Shown here piece after piece: positions 20,259 through 30,520 of a stretch of DNA of 64,000 nucleotides; position 1 is the first letter of the stretch, and every line of letters begins with the position of its first letter. The translations under genes and the position numbers were made by a program. Origin of the DNA: Lachnospiraceae bacterium (GTDB lineage: Bacteria > Bacillota > Clostridia > Lachnospirales > Lachnospiraceae). The stretch spans positions 15,884-79,883 of the forward strand of contig SVFS01000002.1 of the NCBI GenBank assembly GCA_015056725.1, written 5' to 3'. A model generated the notes under the pieces. It saw nothing but the letters and a program-made list of their open reading frames with translations, did no database searches and had not been told where the DNA came from.

Positions 20259-22094
20259 ATGGGAGTTTATTACGATATGCCATTTTTCTGCCTGCTTATG
20301 CAGGCAGTTTTTTTATGGAAAATGATAAGTATAGAGGACTTGGGAATTAAAAAAATATTTCAAAGATATATCTGGATTACAATTGTGTATACCATGATAG
20401 CTGCCGCTTGGGCATTGTGCTACAAGGATGTTTTTGGCATTGGTGCAGCCGGCTTAAAAATGGTAAGTACGATATTCCTGATATACGAGGCTGTTACGAG
20501 ATTTGTTTGGTTCCGGTTTTCAATATGGAGTCAGGGTTATACCTTAAAGGGAGTGGGAAGAAAGCTAATCTATAGCGGACCGATTGTTTTAGCAGTTGTT
20601 TTATCAATAGCTAATATTTGGACAGAAGTACTCTGGTCTGTTCCAAAGAATACAAGTGGTTTTCAATATGGAAAGGCGTTTGCGTGGTTTGTGGCAGTAG
20701 AGTATAGCTATTTTGTAGTACTGGCAATATGTGCTTTCCTAAAATCAATGATAATATCTGACAAAAAAGGGAAAAGAAGACAACGGATGTTTTTGATTTT
20801 CTCTGTATTGCCATTGCTGTTGGCAATTGCACAGATTGAGACAAAGATGCTGCCATCCGTTGCAGGTACCTATCTGTCTATAATGATGACATTGTATCTT
20901 TACATACAGCTTCATGAATATGAAAAAATAAATTTAAACAAAGCAATCACCCGTGCTGAAATTTCGGATAGACAGAAGTCGGTTTTAATATCAAATATTT
21001 CCCATGATATCCGTACACCACTAACGGGAATACTTGGGTATGCAAATCTGGCATCGAAATGTATCTCAAATGAAGATAGAACCTTGGATTATCTGGACAA
21101 AATTACAGATATAGGGAAGGAAATGGATTTTTTAATAAATAGTATATTAGATATGAACCTGATAGAAACAGGAGATTTCAAATTGAATGAACAACCGGAA
21201 AATCTGGTGGAAATCGTACTTCAGACAAAGTCTATGTTGCAGGCACAGATGCGGGCAAAGAAAATTCAGTTGTATATTGATACGTCAGCGCTAAAAAATA
21301 TTTATGTGTATTGTGACAGAAACTGTTTGGAAAGATGTCTTCTGAATGTGATTGGGAACGCGGTAAGACATTCTTCCTTAAAAGCTAAAATTGTATTGAA
21401 AATAGTACAGTTACATTCAGATGACGGGGCTTTGGAAAGATATGAGTTTCATATTGTAGATAATGGAATGGGAGTAGAAAACAAAGATGTTCAGCATATG
21501 TTTGAGCGTGGAACCGCAGGAACTTTCACCGATCAGAAGAGAAGGGGTCTGGGGCTTGATATTGTGAAAAATTTTGTGGAGCTGATGGGCGGAAACCTAT
21601 CTGTGCAAAGCCTTGTGGGAAAAGGAACGGAATTTGTACTTAGTATACCATTTCGTTCTTTGGATGGTGCAACTTGGAAAAAAACGCAGCGGGCGGATAT
21701 TGTCCGCGATTATCTGAGAGGAAAGAGAATTTTATTAGTAGATGACAATACATATAATCTTGAGATTTTGAAAGAACTTCTTAGCATGGAAGAGGTGTGT
21801 GTTGAAACAGCAAATGATGCAAAGCTGGGGATAGATATACTTTTGAAAGAACAGGAGAAGGGATTTGATGCAGTTTTACTGGATGTTCAGATGCCGGGAA
21901 TGGATGGATATGAAATGGCAAAAATAATTCGGCAAATGAAAGGAGAGGTATCAAAAACGCCAATTATTTTAATGACTGCTACGACGCGGAATACTGATAC
22001 AGAAGCAGATTGCAATACAGCAATAAACGGATATATCAAAAAACCGTATGAATTGTATGAAATTAAGCGGGTTTTGTACAGAAATGTAAGATAA
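20259..22094 (+). CDS. Membrane hybrid sensor histidine kinase/response regulator
   Basis: About 7 TM, SHDIRTPL, NAV, DNGMG, GLGL, C-terminal receiver LLDVQMP. Confidence 0.92.
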   Translation: MGVYYDMPFFCLLMQAVFLWKMISIEDLGIKKIFQRYIWITIVYTMIAAAWALCYKDVFGIGAAGLKMVSTIFLIYEAVTRFVWFRFSIWSQGYTLKGVGRKLIYSGPIVLAVVLSIANIWTEVLWSVPKNTSGFQYGKAFAWFVAVEYSYFVVLAICAFLKSMIISDKKGKRRQRMFLIFSVLPLLLAIAQIETKMLPSVAGTYLSIMMTLYLYIQLHEYEKINLNKAITRAEISDRQKSVLISNISHDIRTPLTGILGYANLASKCISNEDRTLDYLDKITDIGKEMDFLINSILDMNLIETGDFKLNEQPENLVEIVLQTKSMLQAQMRAKKIQLYIDTSALKNIYVYCDRNCLERCLLNVIGNAVRHSSLKAKIVLKIVQLHSDDGALERYEFHIVDNGMGVENKDVQHMFERGTAGTFTDQKRRGLGLDIVKNFVELMGGNLSVQSLVGKGTEFVLSIPFRSLDGATWKKTQRADIVRDYLRGKRILLVDDNTYNLEILKELLSMEEVCVETANDAKLGIDILLKEQEKGFDAVLLDVQMPGMDGYEMAKIIRQMKGEVSKTPIILMTATTRNTDTEADCNTAINGYIKKPYELYEIKRVLYRNVR

Positions 22095-22168
22095 ATATTA
22101 GATTTTCTATAGTTTGGTATTGAAAAAAATGGTATAATCAATGCCGTAAAGAAAGTGTTGGGATTGTA

Positions 22169-23227
22169 ATGGGAAAAATAGAAAAAATTATCAGATGTTT
22201 ACTTATTATGGTAGCAACATTGGGAGTCTCCTTTGCACTGTGCTTGTTTTTACAGGAATGGGTAAAGTCGCAGACGATGATTCCCACGGTATTTGTGCTT
22301 GCAGTTATTATGGTGTCGCTATTTACGGAAGGATATTTTTTCGGGATTTTAACGGCACTAATTAGTGTGCTTGTTGTAAATTATGCGTTTACATTTCCGT
22401 ATTTTGCGGTTAACTTTTCGTTTTCTGAGAACTTTGTATCAGCAGTTGTAATGATTATCATAACAATTATTGTAAGCTCACTTACAACAAAAGTCAGAAA
22501 ACAGGAACAACTGAAGGCTGAAAATGAAAAGGAAAAGATGCGAGGAAATCTTTTGCGGGCAATATCTCATGACCTGCGAACACCACTTACTGTTATTTAT
22601 GGTTCCAGTTGTACGATTTTGGATAATCAGGATGTGATTACAAAAGAACAGGTTATACAGATGATAAAGGGAATCCGCTCGGACTCAAAATGGTTAATCC
22701 GTATGGTGGAAAACCTCTTGTCAGTTACAAAAATAGATGGAAAAAATGTAAAAATCATTAAGACAGCTACGGTTTTGGATGAATTGATTGATTCAGTAGT
22801 ACGAAAATTACGGAAAACGTATCCGGAACAGAAAGTACTTTTAGAGTTACCGGAAGATGTTGTGTTAGTGCCGATGGATGCAATGCTGATGGAGCAGGTT
22901 TTGATTAACTTGCTGGAAAATGCTATTGAACATGCATATGGAATGGAACATTTATGGCTTAAGGTCCATGTGGAAAATAATCAGGCAGTATTCGAAATAG
23001 AGGATGACGGTTGCGGTATTCCGGAAGATAAACTGCCTCATATTTTTAGCGGTTTATATAGCGTGAATCATAGTGGTGTAAAACCTTCTGACAGTCAAAA
23101 ACGTAATGCAGGAATAGGCTTGTCTGTATGTGCCACAATCGTAAAGGCACATGGAGGAGAAATTGGAGCAGAAAACCGGAGTGGCGGTGGAGCGATATTC
23201 CGTTTTGCACTGGATTTGGAGGAATAG
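22169..23227 (+). CDS. KdpD-like sensor kinase (DUF4118 TM region plus kinase core, no N-terminal KdpD/Usp domains)
   Basis: 4 TM, LLRAISHDLRTPL, ENLLS, GIGLSVC..IVKAHGG. Confidence 0.85.
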   Translation: MGKIEKIIRCLLIMVATLGVSFALCLFLQEWVKSQTMIPTVFVLAVIMVSLFTEGYFFGILTALISVLVVNYAFTFPYFAVNFSFSENFVSAVVMIIITIIVSSLTTKVRKQEQLKAENEKEKMRGNLLRAISHDLRTPLTVIYGSSCTILDNQDVITKEQVIQMIKGIRSDSKWLIRMVENLLSVTKIDGKNVKIIKTATVLDELIDSVVRKLRKTYPEQKVLLELPEDVVLVPMDAMLMEQVLINLLENAIEHAYGMEHLWLKVHVENNQAVFEIEDDGCGIPEDKLPHIFSGLYSVNHSGVKPSDSQKRNAGIGLSVCATIVKAHGGEIGAENRSGGGAIFRFALDLEE

Positions 23228-23230
23228 GAT

Positions 23231-23944
23231 TTGGCAAGTAATAAGTATAAAATTTTAGTAGTAGAAGATGATGAAAAAATAAGTAGCTTTTTAAATGCAC
23301 TTTTAGAAGCAAATGATTATCAGGTTGTTCTTGCAGAAACCTGTGGACTGGCAAAAATGATGTTTAATTCGCATCAACCGGATCTGGTAGTGCTGGATTT
23401 GGGATTACCGGATGAGGACGGAACGGTGTTTGTACGTGATATCCGAGAACATTCGGCGGTTCCGATTATTGTATTGTCGGCGAGAAACAGTGAGGAAGAT
23501 AAAGTAGAAGCACTTGATTACGGTGCGAATGATTATGTTACGAAGCCTTTTGGTTCGGCTGAGTTTTTGGCAAGAGTACGCTCTATGCTTCGCAATACCA
23601 GACATCTGTTATCAGAGGATTTTATGGTTCGCGGAAAATTCGTTCTGGATGAAATGGTAATTGACTTCGAGACAAGAAAATTGTATTTGAATGATGTTGA
23701 GATAAAACTGACACAGACAGAGTTTAATATAATGACGGTATTATCAGAGCATTGCGGAAAGGTACTTACGTATGCGGCTATTGTAAATGCTATTTGGGGA
23801 TATCCTGATGCCGGCAGTATTAAAAAATTACAGGTTAATATGGCAAATATCAGAAAAAAATTAGGGATGAAACCCGGAGAAGACAGTTATATTGTAAATG
23901 AACTCGGTGTTGGATACAGATTGAAGGAAAGAACAGAAAAGTAA
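23231..23944 (+). CDS. KdpE-like OmpR-family response regulator
   Basis: LDLGLPDEDG, ALDYGANDYVTKPF, LQVNMANIRKKL, GVGY; TTG start. Confidence 0.88.
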   Translation: MASNKYKILVVEDDEKISSFLNALLEANDYQVVLAETCGLAKMMFNSHQPDLVVLDLGLPDEDGTVFVRDIREHSAVPIIVLSARNSEEDKVEALDYGANDYVTKPFGSAEFLARVRSMLRNTRHLLSEDFMVRGKFVLDEMVIDFETRKLYLNDVEIKLTQTEFNIMTVLSEHCGKVLTYAAIVNAIWGYPDAGSIKKLQVNMANIRKKLGMKPGEDSYIVNELGVGYRLKERTEK

Positions 23945-23972
23945 GAAAAGAATAATCTGGAAAGGATAGAGA

Positions 23973-24905
23973 ATGGAAGAAATATTGCAAAACAAGCTGG
24001 AGTTTGCAGTTTTGATTGACTCTGAAAATATCAGCTCAAAGTATGCGGCGGTTATTTTTGATGAGTTGGAAAAATACGGATTTGCAAGCTGCAGACGAAT
24101 ATATGGAAATTGGTCCAGGGCAACCGGTTGGAGAGAAGAAGATTTGCTGGAGTATTCAATTATACCGATACAGCAGTTTTCATACACCTCTAAAAAGAAT
24201 TCTACAGATATGGCAATGGTAATTGATGCCATGGATTTGCTCTATAAGGACAAAGTAGATGGCTTTTGTCTTGTAACCAGTGACAGTGATTTTACAAGAC
24301 TTGCCATGCGAATCCGAGAAGAAAAGAAATTTGTACTTGGTATGGGGGAATCCAAAGCACCAACATCACTTACACGTTCCTGTAATAAATTTGTATATTT
24401 GAACTTGATCGGAGAAGAAAGTCATCAGCAGGATTTTGACCACAATGATTTAGAAAGTGTGACACCTCTTGATTCTGTGAAAAAGGCAATAGCCGCTTTA
24501 TTTGCAGAAAAGGGAAGCAAGGTACTTGATTTAGGATACATCGGTCAGAGACTAAGTGAAAAGTTTACGGATTTTGACGTTCGAAATTATGGTTATGCGA
24601 AGCTTAGTGTTTTCTTAAAAGAAGAAATGTCACAGTATCAGGTAAAACGAGAAAATAATCAGACAGTTCTTCGCGAGGCCCGTCAGGTGTCACAGGATAA
24701 TCTGGAAACGGAAATCAAAGAAATGATTCGTGAAAATGGTGGTAGCATTGATAACCTGTCAATTATCAATGACGAAATCGGAAAAAGACATCCGGATTTG
24801 GAACTGAAGGCGTTTGGATATAGCAGAATATCCAGTTTCCTAAGAAGGATAAAAGGACTTGAAGTAAACAATAACAGTGTTAGTATAAAGGATAAAACAG
24901 AGTAA
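23973..24905 (+). CDS. NYN (LabA/DUF88) domain protein with two LOTUS/OST-HTH domains
   Basis: IDSEN, KNSTD, TSDSDF; FDVRNYGYAKLS and FGYSRISSF repeats. Confidence 0.88.
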   Translation: MEEILQNKLEFAVLIDSENISSKYAAVIFDELEKYGFASCRRIYGNWSRATGWREEDLLEYSIIPIQQFSYTSKKNSTDMAMVIDAMDLLYKDKVDGFCLVTSDSDFTRLAMRIREEKKFVLGMGESKAPTSLTRSCNKFVYLNLIGEESHQQDFDHNDLESVTPLDSVKKAIAALFAEKGSKVLDLGYIGQRLSEKFTDFDVRNYGYAKLSVFLKEEMSQYQVKRENNQTVLREARQVSQDNLETEIKEMIRENGGSIDNLSIINDEIGKRHPDLELKAFGYSRISSFLRRIKGLEVNNNSVSIKDKTE

Positions 24906-24918
24906 AAAAGGTGATTGT

Positions 24919-27900
24919 ATGCCGGAATTAGTCAGTAGAAATACTATTTTAGTAGTGGATGATGCACCGATTAACCGAGAACTTCTTACTTGCATTTTTG
25001 AAGGATATTATGATGTTATTACAGCACCAAATGGGTTGGTCGGATTAGAAAAACTGAAGGAAAATTTGAGTGAAATTGCGGCGATTATGCTGGATTTGAA
25101 CATGCCGGTTCTGTCGGGGTTTGATTTCTTGCAGGAATATCACGGGAATCCGAGTTTTTGCGAAATCCCGGTTATTGTAGCAACAGCAGAAGATACAAGA
25201 ATGGCAGAAAAACTGTGTCTTGAGCTTGGAGCCGTGGATTTTGTATCTATTCCTTATGATCCGAATATCATTCTTTATCGTGTGAAAAATGCTATTGATA
25301 AAGCATGGTTTCAGACAAAAAGTAATGATATCCTGACAGGAATTTATAACAAAGAACGTTTCCAGAAAGAAACGACAAAAATGCTGTTGTCCGATTTGGA
25401 CAGTCAGTATGTTTTTGTGACGATGGATATCGACAATTTCAAAGCATACAATTCTTATTTTGGCGTTCCGGAAGGGGATAAACTGATTCAGTTTATCGGT
25501 GGAATGGTAACGGACCTGATTGGAAGAATGGATAATTCCAAATACGCAAGATATAGTGCGGACGTTTTTAACATGTGTTTCAAATATGACGAAGATTTCC
25601 TTCAGGAGTTGGTTGGAGAATTTGTTGTCGGACTTTCCAATTACAATACAGATTACAGAATAAAACCAACCTTTGGTGCATATGTCATTGATGATCCGTA
25701 TCTGGATATAGAACTGATGCATGACAGGGCAGTACTTGCGGCGAAACAGTGTAAGGGTAAGTACAAAGAGTATATCAGTTACTATGACAGTAAGATGAAT
25801 GCTCAAATTATCAGTGAGCAGCAGATTTTGAATGACATTGAGAAAGCACTTGCACATGAAGAGTTTGTTGTATATTACCAGCCTAAGTTTAGTTTAAGAA
25901 CAGGTCAGAGCTGCGGTGCAGAAGCGTTGGTAAGATGGCAGCATCCGAAAAGAGGTTTAGTGCCACCGGGTGAGTTTATTCCGGTATTTGAGAAAAACGG
26001 TTTTATTACAAGGTTAGATTATTACGTGTGGGAAAAGACCTGTCGTTTTCTGAGAAAATGTTTAGATGAAGACGGAGAAGCAAAACCGATTTCTGTCAAT
26101 GTAGCAGTTGCGAACTTGTATAATCCGAATTTTGTAGAAACGCTTTACAGATTGCTTGAAAAATATGATATACCGAAGGAACTTTTAAATCTTGAATTTA
26201 CGGAAAGTGCGGCATTTGAAAATATTGATATCGTTCATGATACACTAAACAAACTTCATGAGCTTGGATTTGTCATTTTTATGGATGATTTTGGAAGCGG
26301 CTATTCTTCATTGAGTGTGTTAAAGGAATTACCGGTAGATGTGCTTAAGATTGACCGTAAATTCCTGCCTAAAAATCCTTCACAGGATAAAGGCGGTAAG
26401 ATCCTTGCAGCAGTTATCCGTATGGCAAACTGGCTCAAAATGCCGGTTATAGTGGAAGGTGCTGAGACAGCAGAACAGATTAGTTTCTTGCGGGAAACAG
26501 ATTGTGATTATGTACAGGGATTTTATTTCGCCCGTCCTATGCCGGAGAATGATTACTGCAAACTGTTGCATGATGATATACCGGTGGAATTTCCATATTC
26601 CAAAGAATCAAAATCGATGTTGACAGAAATATGGACAAGTGATGCACTGGTAGACAAACTGTTTGAGAATATCGCAGTGCCGACAGCCGTTGTAGCGTTT
26701 GATGGAATCAATGCTACGGCACTTCGTATGAACCATGCTTTTTATAATATTTTCGGACATGATTTCCCGGCAGATTTTACGACATTATTGGAGAAGCAGA
26801 TTGTCGGAAAAGACATGTTTAATATGCTGTTTAAACAGTTTATTATTGTAGCCAGTTCAGAAGAAAGCTCGGAATGCGAATGCCGGTTTGAACTAAACGG
26901 AAACAGTATGTGGTTTCGTGTCCGGATTCAGTATATTGAAGGAAATGAAGAGAAGCACATATTAACGATGCTGTTTAGTGATATTACAGCAGATAAAATC
27001 ACGGAAAACGCACTAATTCAGAAAGAAACAGAAACAAAATTCCAAGAAAAATTTGTTGAAATTGCGTTGAATAGTGCGAATCTTATAGCGTGGGAATACG
27101 ATATAAACGAGCACAGCATTACGACCAGAGACGGTTTCAGGGATTTGTTCGGATTTAAAGGAAAAGTACTGAATGTTCCACAGTCAATTATAGATGGCAA
27201 GATTGTACATCCGGAGGATATCGATAAGTTAAAAGAAATCCATGAAAAAATGGATCGTGGAATCGTATATGCGGAAAGTATGCTCCGCATGAGAGCGATT
27301 GGCGGTACGGATTACCGACATTATAATGTCCGTTATACAAATACTTATGATGCAGAAGATAAACCATATAAAGCAATTGGTCTTGTACAGGATATTTCGG
27401 CAATGCAGGAAATCCGTAATAATTACTTTATCGAGATGGAATTTAACAAATCTTTGCAGTCAGATACCATTGCGGCAATTATGATGAATCTGAATCAGCG
27501 TAAAATCGAAAAGTTCAGGGGAAGTGAACTGTTTCCGAAGGAACTTGAGAGCAAGCTGACATATGATAATTTGCGTGAAGTGCTAATGGAATATTTAAAT
27601 GATGATGAGGAAGCGCTGGATTATGCACAGTCCATGAGTACAAAAGTGCTGAAAAACTGCTATGAAAACAACAAAAAGAGCATGCATTACGAATTTATAA
27701 AGATTTGGCATGATAGCGGTAAAAAGCAGTGGATTGAACTGGAACTGTTCCTGCGTAAGAGACCGGAAACAGGTGATGTAATTGCCATTGGCTATCTGAA
27801 GGACATTGATGAACGTGTACGCGAAAAAGCACGTCTGGAAGAAATGACACATCAGGATCAGATGACGGGATTGTATCATCATGAATATACGATGAATGCT

Positions 27901-28344
27901 ATCAAGAACTATCTGCGTGGTGAAGGTCGTGAGGGAATTCATGCACTCTTGATGATTGACATTGATAATTTTAAAAAAATTAATGATACATATGGTCATA
28001 TTATTGGTGACAAAGTCATTGTGGAGATGGCGAAACGTTTGAAAATACTGTTCAGAAAAACGGATATTATCGGTAGATTCGGCGGAGATGAATTTGTTGT
28101 CCTTATGAAAAACGTCGGAACCATGGAGCGGATTGAGATGAAAGCAGAGCAGCTTAGGGAACAATTGCTTTTAGAGGTGGAAAGCGATGAAGGACCGCTT
28201 AGATTTACCAGCTGCATCGGTATTTCTATCTGTGAGGATGCTGATAAAACTTATCGTGAAATGATAGAAGAAGCAGATAGAGAAATGTATAAGATGAAAA
28301 AGAGCGGTAAAAACAATTACTCAATTTGTGGAAAGGATTGTTAA
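24919..28344 (+). CDS. REC-GGDEF(degenerate)-EAL-PAS-GGDEF c-di-GMP enzyme
   Basis: N-terminal REC; SADVF degenerate GGDEF; EAL plus DDFGSGYSS; PAS-like region; C-terminal RKTD...GGDEF. Confidence 0.92.
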   Translation: MPELVSRNTILVVDDAPINRELLTCIFEGYYDVITAPNGLVGLEKLKENLSEIAAIMLDLNMPVLSGFDFLQEYHGNPSFCEIPVIVATAEDTRMAEKLCLELGAVDFVSIPYDPNIILYRVKNAIDKAWFQTKSNDILTGIYNKERFQKETTKMLLSDLDSQYVFVTMDIDNFKAYNSYFGVPEGDKLIQFIGGMVTDLIGRMDNSKYARYSADVFNMCFKYDEDFLQELVGEFVVGLSNYNTDYRIKPTFGAYVIDDPYLDIELMHDRAVLAAKQCKGKYKEYISYYDSKMNAQIISEQQILNDIEKALAHEEFVVYYQPKFSLRTGQSCGAEALVRWQHPKRGLVPPGEFIPVFEKNGFITRLDYYVWEKTCRFLRKCLDEDGEAKPISVNVAVANLYNPNFVETLYRLLEKYDIPKELLNLEFTESAAFENIDIVHDTLNKLHELGFVIFMDDFGSGYSSLSVLKELPVDVLKIDRKFLPKNPSQDKGGKILAAVIRMANWLKMPVIVEGAETAEQISFLRETDCDYVQGFYFARPMPENDYCKLLHDDIPVEFPYSKESKSMLTEIWTSDALVDKLFENIAVPTAVVAFDGINATALRMNHAFYNIFGHDFPADFTTLLEKQIVGKDMFNMLFKQFIIVASSEESSECECRFELNGNSMWFRVRIQYIEGNEEKHILTMLFSDITADKITENALIQKETETKFQEKFVEIALNSANLIAWEYDINEHSITTRDGFRDLFGFKGKVLNVPQSIIDGKIVHPEDIDKLKEIHEKMDRGIVYAESMLRMRAIGGTDYRHYNVRYTNTYDAEDKPYKAIGLVQDISAMQEIRNNYFIEMEFNKSLQSDTIAAIMMNLNQRKIEKFRGSELFPKELESKLTYDNLREVLMEYLNDDEEALDYAQSMSTKVLKNCYENNKKSMHYEFIKIWHDSGKKQWIELELFLRKRPETGDVIAIGYLKDIDERVREKARLEEMTHQDQMTGLYHHEYTMNAIKNYLRGEGREGIHALLMIDIDNFKKINDTYGHIIGDKVIVEMAKRLKILFRKTDIIGRFGGDEFVVLMKNVGTMERIEMKAEQLREQLLLEVESDEGPLRFTSCIGISICEDADKTYREMIEEADREMYKMKKSGKNNYSICGKDC

Positions 28345-28346
28345 GA

Positions 28347-29528
28347 GTGCAGTACAGAAAAAATAAGAATGGTGCAGATATTTCCTTGTTGGGATATGGA
28401 TGTATGCGTTTTACAAGAAAAGGGAATTCAATAGACCTTGAAAAAGCCCAGAAAGAATTAGCACATGCGATTGAAAATGGTGTGAATTATTTTGATACGG
28501 CTTATATTTATCCCGGAAGTGAAGCTGCAATCGGAGAGATTTTCCACAGATTAAATTGCAGAGAACAGATTTATATTGCAACCAAGCTTCCTCATTACCT
28601 GATTAAGTCCATGGATGGAATCGAAAAGATTTTTCAGGAGGAGTTAAAACGCTTACAAACGGACTATGTGGATTATTATCTGATGCATATGCTGACTGAT
28701 ACGGATACATGGGAAAAGCTGAAAGCACTCGGGATTGAGGAATGGATTCGTGAGAAAAAAGAAAGTGGTCAGATTCGCAATATCGGTTTTTCTTATCACG
28801 GACATACGGACATGTTTTGTAAATTGATAGATGCTTATGACTGGGATTTTACACAGATTCAGTATAATTACATGGATGAGCATAGTCAGGCAGGAAGAAA
28901 AGGGCTTCATTATGCGGCAGCAAAAAAAATTCCGGTTATTATCATGGAGCCGCTCCGTGGCGGTAAGCTTGTGAATCTACTTCCCGAAAAAGCTAAAAAA
29001 CTGATAGCAGAGCATGAGCGGGGGTATTCGGCAGCAGAGTGGGCGTTCAGATGGCTTTATGATCAGCCGGAAGTAACATGTGTCCTGTCAGGAATGAACA
29101 GCATGGAAATGCTTGAAGAAAATCTTCGTATTGCTAACGAAACGCAGATTGGGGCGTTCACAGAAGCGGATTTTGCATTGATTGATTTGGTAAAGGCTGA
29201 GATTGAAAGTACGGTAAAGGTTGGTTGTACCGGATGTGGATATTGTATGCCTTGTCCAAAGGGGGTAGATATTCCGGAAACTTTCCGTTGCTATAATAAT
29301 TACTATGCAGAAGGAAAGCGTGTGGCAATAAAGGAATATATGCAATGTACGCTTTTTAGAAAAAATCACAGCAATGCTTCAAATTGTGTAGAGTGCGGAC
29401 TTTGTGAGAAACACTGTCCACAACACATTGAAATTCGTAAAGAATTGAAAAATGCAGCAAACAAATTAGAAAGTCCGGTATTCAAATTTGTAAAGTGGGC
29501 AATTAAAACCTTTAAGATGTGGGGATAA
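28347..29528 (+). CDS. Aldo/keto reductase with C-terminal 4Fe-4S domain
   Basis: LGYGCMR, DTAYIY, ATK, MEPLRGG; CTGCGYCMPCP and CVECGLCEKHCP; GTG start after AAAGGA. Confidence 0.92.
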   Translation: MQYRKNKNGADISLLGYGCMRFTRKGNSIDLEKAQKELAHAIENGVNYFDTAYIYPGSEAAIGEIFHRLNCREQIYIATKLPHYLIKSMDGIEKIFQEELKRLQTDYVDYYLMHMLTDTDTWEKLKALGIEEWIREKKESGQIRNIGFSYHGHTDMFCKLIDAYDWDFTQIQYNYMDEHSQAGRKGLHYAAAKKIPVIIMEPLRGGKLVNLLPEKAKKLIAEHERGYSAAEWAFRWLYDQPEVTCVLSGMNSMEMLEENLRIANETQIGAFTEADFALIDLVKAEIESTVKVGCTGCGYCMPCPKGVDIPETFRCYNNYYAEGKRVAIKEYMQCTLFRKNHSNASNCVECGLCEKHCPQHIEIRKELKNAANKLESPVFKFVKWAIKTFKMWG

Positions 29529-30509
29529 GTGATGGAAAACAAGTTATCGGTTTTTGAGCAGAGATTAAAAAACAATATTAGAAACTGTCGATTGGGGGAT
29601 ATACTTCCGGGGAAATTAACCAGAGGCTATTTGAAAAGTATGACAGATGTATCTGGCATCGAATTTCTATTAGCAGACCGTGACGGACGTGTACTTTATG
29701 CTACAGGAAGCCTTTTTGAAGTGGACGCTGTTGATGTGAAGGCGAATCCGGGAGAGGTGCTTACGCTTCAGGACAAAAGAATGGGACATTTGTATATAAG
29801 AAACTGCGAGACGACTGAACCGATATCCGGCATGTCGGCTAAGGAAGCAATTCTTGTGGATTTTACTGCAAGCATAAAAGAGTTGGATAATGCAAAACGT
29901 CAATTTGTGCATACGGTAGCAGGTGTGCTTGAGGAATTAGCATCACAGACCTATTTTCAGTATGAGGCAATGCAGTATATTGCGCAAAATGAAAATACAG
30001 CTATGCGTATGTACAATTTGGAAAAGGAAGATGGTCTGACAGGGGTATTTAATAAGACTTATTTTGAAAACCGTTTGAAAGTCATCGAAAGAGCGCAGGT
30101 TGTACCGGTGGCAGTTCTTGTTGTTAACATCAATGACTGGAAATTTGCAAATGAGCATTTCGGGGATGATGAAAGCGACAGACTCATACAGATTGTAGGT
30201 GGCATTCTCCGTAGTGAAGCGAAAGAAGAGTATGTAATCGGCCGTGTGGATGGCGATGTATTTCATGTGCTGATTCCGATGACAGAGGATGATGAAGCAG
30301 AAGCGTATGCCCATGCAGTGCAGGAAAAATGTAATACATATGAAGATGCAAAACTTGCACCATCGATAGCTATTGGTATCCAATATAAGATAAACATTGA
30401 GGAAAAGCTGGAAGATAAATTTTCAGATGCAGAATACGAGATGTTTGAAAACAAATTTGAAATGAAAAATGCCGCAGGATATGCGGAAAGATTAAAACAC
30501 GGACTGTAA
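29529..30509 (+). CDS. Degenerate GGDEF-domain protein with N-terminal sensor-like domain
   Basis: DGLTGVFN, INDWKFANE.FG, active site reads DGDVF instead of GG[D/E]EF. Confidence 0.75.
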   Translation: MMENKLSVFEQRLKNNIRNCRLGDILPGKLTRGYLKSMTDVSGIEFLLADRDGRVLYATGSLFEVDAVDVKANPGEVLTLQDKRMGHLYIRNCETTEPISGMSAKEAILVDFTASIKELDNAKRQFVHTVAGVLEELASQTYFQYEAMQYIAQNENTAMRMYNLEKEDGLTGVFNKTYFENRLKVIERAQVVPVAVLVVNINDWKFANEHFGDDESDRLIQIVGGILRSEAKEEYVIGRVDGDVFHVLIPMTEDDEAEAYAHAVQEKCNTYEDAKLAPSIAIGIQYKINIEEKLEDKFSDAEYEMFENKFEMKNAAGYAERLKHGL

Positions 30510-30520
30510 CAGGTCCGTGT

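Noticed and set aside
25045-28164. Long antisense ORFs (270 aa, 189 aa) opposite the c-di-GMP gene
   Set aside because: Typical antisense shadows of a long coding sequence.
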